A stretch of 63,915 nt of DNA, the filler included, from Reticulomyxa filosa (taxonomy: Eukaryota; Protista; Foraminifera): the NCBI GenBank assembly GCA_000512085.1. It is 19 parts of 19 records of this genome, joined end to end, with 100 filler letters (N's around TTAATTAATTAA, not from the genome) between each part and the next. Parts side by side here need not be neighbours in the genome. Positions count along the whole stretch, not along the records: positions 54,081 to 60,114 come from ASPP01020804.1; positions 60,215 to 61,790 come from ASPP01017821.1; positions 61,891 to 63,915 come from ASPP01008798.1; 16 more parts are not named here. One strand, given 5' to 3'. The notes under the pieces were generated by a model. The model was not told the DNA's origin and searched no databases. It saw only the letters and a program-made list of their open reading frames with translations. Shown piece by piece: positions 57,722 to 63,915 of this stretch; the stretch's first letter is position 1, and each line of letters opens with the position of its first letter. A program made the position numbers and the translations under genes.

Positions 57722-58887
57722 TTATCTCCATATTCGGATAGTTTTGTCATAAGAACACGATACAATAATATTACTATCTGATGAAACATCTACACCTCTC
57801 ACCAAACCGGAATGTCCTTCCAACTTTTGTATTTCTTGTCCTGATTTTACATCCCACAAACGAACGGTATTATCTTCTGAACACGATACAATAGTTTGAC
57901 TATCAAGAAAACATTTCACTCTAAGCACATTATCTGAATGACCTTCAAGCATTCTCAATTCTTTTCCTGATTCTACCTCCCATATTCGAATTGTTTTATC
58001 ATATGAACAAGAAACAATAAACTGTCCATCTAAAGATAATGCTGTGCATCCTACAGACTCTGAATGCCCTTTTAATTGTCTTATCATTTTGCCTGTTTTT
58101 ACATCCCATATGCCAATTGTTTTGTCACTAGATGACGATACAATCATTTGTCCATCAGATGAAAATTGTATATCTCTTATATTATCTGAATGACCTTCAA
58201 GTGTTTGAATCTTTTTCCCAGAATGTGCATCCCATAGTATTATGGTTTTATCACATGAACTGGATGCAATTATTTTACCATCTGGAGAATAACGCACATC
58301 TAATATCCAGCTTGAATGTCCCTCTAATTTCATTAATTCATTCCCAGATTTCACATTCCAAAATCGAATCGTTTTATCATAGGAACATGAGACAACTGTA
58401 TCTCCATGTAACGAAAACTCTGCTGCACTAGTCCAATCAAAATGTCCATCGAAGATTTGAATTTGCTCTCCAGATGCAATATTCCATATTCGAACAGTTC
58501 CATCGTCTGAAGTTGATACAACCTTGCGATTATCCAGAGAAAATCTTACACAATTTACTTCACCGTCATGTCCTTCTAATACTTTTGATAATTTAAAGTA
58601 TTTGGCCTATACGTTTATAATAATATTTCATTTGAATGCAAAATGAAATAAAACAAAATAAATACATTTAACATATTTAGCAACGATTTTGTCAAAATCA
58701 TATATCCATCCTAATTTAATACCCAAAAGCTGGACCCAGTTTTGAAGTATTATTTTTATTTCTTTTTCTGACTTTTTTGTTCATTCAAATCAATAATTTA
58801 CGTTTGTTTGAAAAGATATTGAAGAAATCTTACCAACTGTGATACATTTTCTTTTTCGTTAGTATTGCTTTTCATGTTGCTAAGCAT
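57722..58887 (-). CDS. WD40-repeat protein, multi-exon
   Basis: Seven regular LEGHS..V..SxDG..IVSxSxDKTIRIWD repeats. Confidence 0.9.
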
Positions 58888-61800
58888 GATGAATTAATCT
58901 TGAAGAGCTTTGAACTTTCCCTCAAAAGGGTTTACACCTCTTTACTGACGAGGTAACGCCATGCTTTGACAGTACTACAGGGCAAGTCACTATAATAGAT
59001 GGCCAAACTCTAAAGAAACTGGGGAGCCCTCCAGTAGGCTAAACTCTCTCAACAAACAACTTCATTCATTGACAGTCTTTTTTCCAATGATTATTGTTGC
59101 AGCTCTTTATTCTTCTGTTTTTTTAATATCATCATTTAATAAAAATATTTCATTTTGTTTAATTTGTTGTAGCTTTCTCTTTCAATTTATGTTGATCCCA
59201 CAATTGAAAACATTCATTTACTATTTTTCCTCTTCACTCACACGGAATACGGTACTAAAATTACAATGCCTTACAAAGTAATAAATAAATACAACATTGT
59301 GCATATTCATCAATATCACTTAAACAACCAAAGAGACAAATAACAAAATTAAAATAATGGTTTAATAACAAAAAAATGTAATGAAAAAAATGAACATAAA
59401 CAACTAACAAAAACATTCTAATATTTCTTTCATAGAATTATGGAACATCAACGTAGATTTTAATCAGACCTGTTGATATCACAAAGCATCCAGATTCTCT
59501 AAAGGAACTAGTAGATCACAATTCTAAGAAAGAAAATAAGTGGAGTTTATTCAAACTGGCTGTATTCTCAAAAATTATAAAATGTACTATATGAGAATTG
59601 TCAATTCAAAACAAACAAATAAAATAAAAACAATCAAATTACTTTGGTCAGTTGATACTATTTGGTCTTTGAAAGTCCTAAGGACTAATTATTAATTCAT
59701 CAATATTCCGATATGTTGACAGTGGTCTCCAGGTGTTGTAGCAAAAGCATAAAAATGTTTTTGATGTCTTAGGTGTTTGCAGCGCTAAGAAGCCTTCAGC
59801 TTCGTAGTGTGCTGGTGCGTATGCATTCGGCCTATGCACAATGTTAGTTTTTTCGGGTTTGTATTTTTTTTGCCTGGACTTTTTTCACGCGGTAAATGAT
59901 GTTGATTTTTGACATGCCGCCATGTGTAGATGTATTTTATACATTTTGTTCATTTACTAGAGCGTTGGCTGTTTTTCTCGCTACTTTTTGCTTTTGGTTG
60001 CCAATGATTATGAAGTGACACTAATATTTTTTTTTTTGTGAAATGATATAGTATCGTCAAATAAATAAACATCATTTACATAAAAATAAGAATAGTGATA
60101 TATTTTTGTCAATTNNNNNNNNNNNNNNNNNNNNNNNNNNNNNNNNNNNNNNNNNNNNTTAATTAATTAANNNNNNNNNNNNNNNNNNNNNNNNNNNNNN
60201 NNNNNNNNNNNNNNCTTGTTCTTGTTTCTATCCATTTCATTATTCAAACAAACAAAAATAAAAGTAAAGCTAGTGTCTTGACACAAATAAATAAAATAAT
60301 TTATGATTACCTGTTCTACATTCTCCAAATAATTGGATCAATGTTTTTATTTCCATCATTGTAGTTGTTATCTTGCATACCTCCATTGTATTTCACACTT
60401 CCTATTGAAATATAGTTGGACAATCATATGAACATACTGTCTTGACATATTTTGAAAAAAATAGGAAATGAAATATACCAAATATTACAACATTGTTAAC
60501 ATCTCTATGATACATCATTGAATTTATTACTATGGATAACGTAGCAAAATGATGAGCATTACCAGTCATTGTCTTTTTTTTATATGTTAAAAAAATATCA
60601 ATTTCAAAATATTTCATCTTGTCTTCTTTGATGTACTGCAATTTCATGCGATATAGAGAAAAACAAAAACTATTTCTTTACCAAAATCAGAACACAAAAC
60701 AAAACTCGTTATTGTAGTGAGTTGATACACAGATAGCCTTTGAGAGTGGCAAAAGATTAATGATGAACAATTCGAAAAGGGGAATGAATTTGTGACTGTT
60801 CAGTCCACTTATTTTTTTGTAATTGATGATTTTATCCAAAAATTTCACAGATATATGTTAAGATCGGAATTTCCATATTATGTTATTAAAACTTGAAGTA
60901 ATTATAATTTTTATTCAAGAATGAATGTATATTGTAAACATCATCAATTTTAAACTTTGGTTTGCTTTAAAAATACAATAAGTAAACGGACAATCGAAAG
61001 ATCTCCACTTTTTGGATAATTTTCATTTGCTTGCTTTTTTAAGTCGAGGAAAATTTTTAATCTGAAAACTGTTCTTGATTTACACAAAAAAGAATTTTTG
61101 TTTTTCAGTCATTATTTTACTTTACAAAATTGTAATAATTTTTATTGGATGTTTAGCTTTACTTCTTTATCAATAAAATCAATTTATATTGAAAGATATT
61201 ATCAAACAAAAATTTGTTTAAGAAAATTTCTAAAAATAAGACAAACATGTGAAATTGAAATAAACAAAAACAAAAACATCTTGAAATTTTGAAACTTTGA
61301 CAAAATAATAACAACAAATTGAACTAAGCTTGTGCATGTCGAATTCAAGTGCTTCTTTTCATTTTCTAGTATGAATATCCATGCACTATGAAAGGAGATA
61401 GAAGAACTTTTAAGTCAAAATTGATGAAAGTTTTGAAAAATACTCCAGGTGTTTATGTTGCCAAAATAAATGTGTTTTTTATTAACAAAAGAAAACTTCA
61501 GTGTCAAAAACGAATTAATTTTTGTGAGAACCCCACGACAAAAAAAGTTATCGTTTCATTTGCTTTGTTACTATTACAAAGTTAGTATATTTCTTTTGTA
61601 TAGAAGAAAACATGTTCGGAACGGTAAATGGCTAGACGTTAACAAATTGATAAACATTCAATTCAATTACATTCATTTATTTTTAGAGCAGAAATTTTTT
61701 TGAAATATTTTCATAATTGGACTTTTAAGGTTTTTTTCAAACTCACAGCTTGTCATATGGTCAAACAACTAATGTTATGTTTTTTTTTTTNNNNNNNNNN

Positions 61801-61939
61801 NNNNNNNNNNNNNNNNNNNNNNNNNNNNNNNNNNTTAATTAATTAANNNNNNNNNNNNNNNNNNNNNNNNNNNNNNNNNNNNNNNNNNNNTTATATACAT
61901 ATATATAATATTTATATATATATATGTATATGTATATAA

Positions 61940-62245
61940 TACCCAAAGCAGGTTTGACATATCTCCCTTTGCTGAAAATGCAGTTTTCCATGGAATGGAT
62001 AGTGAGAATATCTTTGGTTTCGAACACATCTCCGACGTCGTTGATGAAGATGACAATGCAATTGTACTTGTCACAAAGTTCTTTCAAGTGATTGCACAGT
62101 TCATAAAGCAGCTTAGCTCGAACGATGAACACTTTGTTTTCTTTCAACACATTGCTTTCATCTCTCGTCTTTGTGGTGGTGGTGGTGGTGATGTATTCAT
62201 TGTCATGGTCATATTCAACGTCGTAATCATTCGCATTGGCTTGTT

Positions 62246-62276
<31 letters not shown>

Positions 62277-62867
62277 ATCCTCATTCATGTTCATCTCATT
62301 ATAACTCTTTTCTTCCTCTTCCAATCCCGACCTTTTTTTTTGTATTGCACTTTTGTCGTCGTTGTCGTCGTCCATAAACCGATACAGAGCAGATATGCTG
62401 TCGACTATTATCAATTTCACATTGCGATTCTTTATGTACTCCATCAATCCATTGCTCATCACCGCGTTTTGCTCTTCCAACGTATGTGCGTGATGGATGA
62501 AAATGTGGTCCAAAAATGAATGAATGTTCCCGTAACGTGCCACGTAATTCTCCGCGTGGATTTGCAGGAATCGCTCTCGATGGATTGGCTCCTTTGTCGT
62601 CAAAAATAAACTGTTCCCATTAAATCCTCCATCTTTTCTCGTCAATTGCACTTGAAACAACAACTGCATTGCCAATTGCGTTTTGCCTGTCCCGCTTTCG
62701 CCGCTTATTTCACACAATCCTTTTCGTAATCCTCCGTTCACACATCTGTCCAAATAGGGACAACCAAAGGATAACGATTGATATTCTTTTCGTTCCAATT
62801 CTAACCATTGATTTACCGTTTTGGGCTCTAACTGCTTGTCCTCTTCTTTCATATAAGACAAAGTCAT
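61940..62867 (-). CDS. XRCC3: RAD51 paralog XRCC3-like, with a low-complexity insertion; 3' truncated
   Basis: LSFGCPYLD..GGL..EISGESGTGKTQLAMQLLFQVQL..GGFNG..IIVDSISALYR..VIFIND..KPALG. Confidence 0.82.
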
Positions 62868-63258
62868 CTTTTTTTTTTTTCCCCCCCAAGGAAAGGAGGG
62901 GGAAACCCACTTTTTAAAATCTTTCTTCTCAGCTTGATTTATTTGGAAGAAATGACAAATCCTTCACGGTTTTTTTAAAAATAAATTACTCAATTTTTTT
63001 TGTTTCTACAAACGTGTGCTTTCTGATCACTCCAGATCTGAACATGGTATCAAGTGAATCTGATTCACCTTACACCCCACCCCTCCAAAGTATTCTTGCT
63101 ATTCAGTCATTTTTGTTTCATTGGGCATTATGTTTGTATATTAAAATTCTCTTGTCTTTGTTTATCTCTACTACGCATCCTTGCTTATAACGACAGACGC
63201 CCGACAAAAGAAAACAAGGGAGGCAAAGAGATATTCTAATTGATTTTTTTTTTTTAGC

Positions 63259-63870
63259 ATTTTCGATTAAAGCCTGAGCACACAACTTTTGGTCTTGATG
63301 AGTGGAACAGAGAATGTTGAAATGTCAAAAGGAGAGTATGAAAAGGTAATAGCAGATCAAAAGGAGACGATAGAAGATCTAAAAAACCAAATAAACAAGC
63401 TTCAGCAACAACTGGTAGCAAAAAGTCGGATAATAGCATCATTGAAAAAAAGCGATGGAGTGATGACGAAAGCTCTGCCTCCGTTGCCACCAAAGAGACA
63501 AATGAACAGTCCCGACAACGACTCGCCAAGGTCGACGATATCGAATCCAGTATCGTCGTTTGTGCGCAACAACAGCAACGACCGAGAAACGAACGAGGAT
63601 TTGAGCGACACGAAAAGCGAGCAAGGATTCAGTCATAGCGTGAGTCGTCATTACCGCAAGCGAAGCAACTCCACTGAAATGACATCTCCAATTAGCAGTG
63701 GTGGCAGCAGTAGGGTGGTCTTTGCGCAAGAAGTCGGGTTGCAGCGTCCCCCGTTGGGACCTGCCCCAAAGAAGCCTACTCTGCCACTGCGTCCAGCGCA
63801 GTCTGCCGCACGCGAAAAGAGGACACGAGCACAAACGAGTGCAACAGAAGCACCCACAAATCTATCTATT
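63259..63870 (+). CDS. Partial hypothetical Ser/Pro-rich exon
   Basis: GC-richer block after a TTTTAG acceptor, encoding e.g. QRPPLGPAPKKPTLPLRP. Frame uncertain. Confidence 0.3.
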
Positions 63871-63876
63871 CACGGT

Positions 63877-63915
<39 letters not shown>

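Noticed and set aside
60215-61790. Short ORFs in the AT-rich contig 18
   Set aside because: Only stop-riddled fragments; no assignable product.

Overview
This window is not one locus. It is 19 short contigs joined by an artificial 100-bp spacer (44 N + TTAATTAATTAA + 44 N), so gene neighbourhood only means something within a contig. Eighteen contigs are AT-rich, intron-containing protist DNA. They carry VPS13, RNF213-like, nucleoplasmin-type FKBP, Alba/Rpp25, Qb-SNARE, amidohydrolase, NDUFAF3, CYP450, Cdc123-like, RasGEF, WD40, XRCC3 and a U2 snRNA, plus many pseudogene and retroelement relics. The gene families and intron style suggest a foraminiferan such as Reticulomyxa (inference). One 16-kb contig (10984-26969) is bacterial, probably plasmid-like DNA of an intracellular symbiont. 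It carries a nested IS pile-up (Rpn <- IS982 <- IS5 <- IS1595 with an eroded restriction-modification cargo), a putative replication gene, and the main discovery candidate: a polymorphic toxin locus. The 2952-aa toxin combines a helical N-terminus, a complete SecA-type ATPase motor, a hydrophobic membrane-insertion region, two LysM domains and a TNT-like C-terminal tip. It is followed by an overlapping immunity-like gene and an orphan tip/immunity pair.
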